From Octopus vulgaris (Eukaryota), in NCBI GenBank assembly GCA_951406725.2, contig OX597819.1, positions 103,416,001 through 103,480,000 on the forward strand: 64,000 nucleotides of DNA, given 5' to 3'. The notes beneath the pieces were generated by a model, which was given only the letters and a program-made list of their open reading frames with translations, was not told where the DNA came from and did no database searches. This document shows, piece after piece, positions 60,116 through 64,000 of this stretch. The stretch's first letter is position 1. Each line of letters begins with the position of its first letter. The translations under genes and the position numbers were made by a program.

Positions 60116-61733
60116 TCATCATCATCATCATCGTTTTTCAGTATTAACCTCATCTTTATCCTCAGTATCATCAGTTTTCGCAACCGCATCATCACCATCG
60201 TTATAATATACTTCACTATCACCAGTAGTGTCACGAACAGCATCATTGTTATCATTGTCATCCTCATCTTAACTATCCTCTACACCTCTGGCACCATCGT
60301 CATTATCATCAGTATACTTTGGTAACGGAAAATGAAAAATGATGCTCAGCTTCGTCTCATTTCCTTACAATTCGACTCTCTCCGGATCCCTAACTCAAAC
60401 TTACATTTCACTCTTCCAGAGTAAACAACTTGAATACCAGTTATATAATGTGGTTAATCATTTTCAAGTTTATCTCTACAGATTTTCTGGTGAATTTAAA
60501 ACCAGCACTGATATTTATGTTTCGTATACGAATACGTCAATACCAAGTCTCGTAACTTTCTGTACTGGCTGAGTATTCTATAGAATGTGTGTAGCGATAA
60601 ATTTTAAAATGAGAACATTGCACTGGTAACACAAAAAAGTAAGGCACAAAATTGATTTGTAATTATAGATACACGCAAATGTAATAGAGATGAGTGAAAG
60701 AAGTGAACGAACAATAATACTGCCCGACAATAATACTAGAGAATTAGTAACATAACATATTTGAAATCGCATTCTGTATTTTTCATAATGCCCGACTAGT
60801 TTAGTATCAGTTAATATTGAAGAGACGCGTGGTATTTTTAAACAAACTATCAAAGAGATAAAAGATAGTAGTGAAAATATAATTTGCTCAGTTTAAACAA
60901 ATTTACATTTTTAATATTGAAAGAAGTTCGAAAGCCTTTATTATTTTCTCGCTTTGTATACATTCATATGTGTGTAGGGGGTGTATTTATATATTTTAAA
61001 TTCGTTTATGATAGTATTAAGTGTGTGCAAATAAAGCTACTATTTCATTATGCCGGATATAGTCTAATAATATAGTAAGCCAGTTTTTCGGGTTTACATC
61101 ATGGTTATACAGATATACTGTAGAACTAATATAATAACAATAGGATAGAATTTATAAATATTTAATACATCGATACTTTAACATCAGAGACTGTATCCTT
61201 AGGAATCATTAGAGTCTGTATTATATGTGGAAAAGAGAGAGAGAGAGGTGGGTATAACGCCATTTTGGTAACCCACCTAATTACATACTAACTTTCTCAA
61301 GAATTCAAATTATTTATTATTACAGTGATAGGTTTAGGAGTTTGCAAATAATTTGATAAAATTTAGAAAAATTATTAGTATAACATATTTCAGTTCCACA
61401 AATACACATGAGACATTTGTTTTATCATATTTACTTTTAAGGTGAGAAATATATTTTGTGTTTTTTTTTGTTTGAAATTTAGTATTCACTACATTATTTT
61501 GCAAAAGCACCAAGCGACCCACTCAAATTTATATTACAATGATTGTATTCGTGTCATATTTCCTGATATTAGCTATAGTGTTAAAAGGTATATTTACCCT
61601 CATATCATAATACTCCAGTATATATACATACATGCTTACCATAATATACCATATCCTAATACCCTTGTACATATATACGTATAAATGTATAGATATAGTT
61701 ATATACATATATGTATATATAAACATATATATG

Positions 61734-61799
<66 letters not shown>

Positions 61800-62376
61800 C
61801 ATATATATATATGTATGTATGAATATTCATGTGCCTGTACGTTTGTGTGTGTGTAGTACAGGGCTCCGCGCGGGTTTCCATTTGTCATAACATTCTGGAG
61901 CCGAGTATACACGTTGTGACATCAAGACTCAGAGCTATGCCTTTGCGTAATTATGTATGTGACAGTGAAGACAAAAATAAATAAAATAAAATAAAACACG
62001 TCATTTCGAAAAGACTTGTATTGGAAATGTGGTTTGATAAATATAGAGTGAGAATGTGTGAAGGAATGAGAGAGAGAGTAAAGAGTTACAATGTGAGCGA
62101 TAAAGAGAGCCAGTTATCATGTATAAAAAAAAGCACACGTATATTCTCGAGAGTTGTTAAGAGGGAGAAGAAGACGGAGAGTTGTGTACTATTAAGAAAT
62201 AAAAAGAGTATAATTATAAGGAAAACAATAGATTTCAGAAAACACACACACACAAACAAAATATCCACAGATTACATGTATGTAATTACGCTTACATGTA
62301 TATATGCATGTGAAGGTAATATATATGTGTGTGTCTACATCTGTGTAAGTGTGTATGTGTTTGTATATATATATAT

Positions 62377-63475
<1,099 letters not shown>

Positions 63476-63662
63476 TTTGGAAAAATGATATGAAAAGTAT
63501 TTTAAAAGAATATTTGCATAGTATTCAAATACAAGGGGCATTTTCCTTGTTTCTGCCTGTCTCTGTCTCTCTTGTTTCCTCTTGGAGGTATACATATTTA
63601 TATATATGTATGTATGTGTGTGTATGCATGTATTCGCATGCATCTATAAATGATATATTTTC

Positions 63663-63698
<36 letters not shown>

Positions 63699-64000
63699 TT
63701 ATTGTGTGTGTGTGTTTGCCTGGATGAATGTGTATGAGTGTGCACTTGTGGTTGTGCATGTATATGTAATGTGTGTAAGAGGGAAATATAAAATAATTAC
63801 TGACACAATTCTAGTAAAAAACATATAGGATAGATCTAGAGAGGGAATGGGTGGAGGGATGTGAAGGTAATGTATGCGTGTGTGTTTACATGTATATATG
63901 CGTGTATGTGTGTGTATATTGAAAATGTCTGTGTACGTTTGTTTTGTGTTTGTGTGTATATATGGGAGTGGATTGTGGGGTGGCAAAGCCAAAAGTCATT

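Overview
AT-rich, microsatellite-saturated metazoan intergenic or intronic DNA. The SINE families and the (TA)n/(TATC)n/(CA)n/(ATT)n load suggest a cephalopod (Octopus-like) genome; this is inference from pattern recognition. I can support no intact host protein-coding exon, and almost all ORFs in the track are translations of simple repeats. Recognisable elements: two full-length dead mariner transposons (8291-9557 +; 26615-27906 -), a mariner fragment, a mariner MITE, a MULE-like long-TIR element with a 9-bp TSD nested in a SINE, 3' fragments of CR1-like and R4/Dong-like LINEs, and many tRNA-derived SINEs. The most striking signal is a dense set of type I hammerhead-ribozyme (HHR) motifs, about 9 loci in 64 kb. 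They lie in small non-coding elements that mostly adjoin (TA)n tracts and are often arranged as fold-back inverted repeats. Two diverged copies (784-878 +, 32839-32945 -) show compensatory changes in all three ribozyme helices. One forms a ~467-nt cleavage-to-cleavage unit, and another is fused to a tRNA-like Pol III head. Together they resemble a family of non-autonomous Penelope-dependent, retrozyme-like elements targeting TA microsatellites. All structures were read by eye and need computational and biochemical confirmation.
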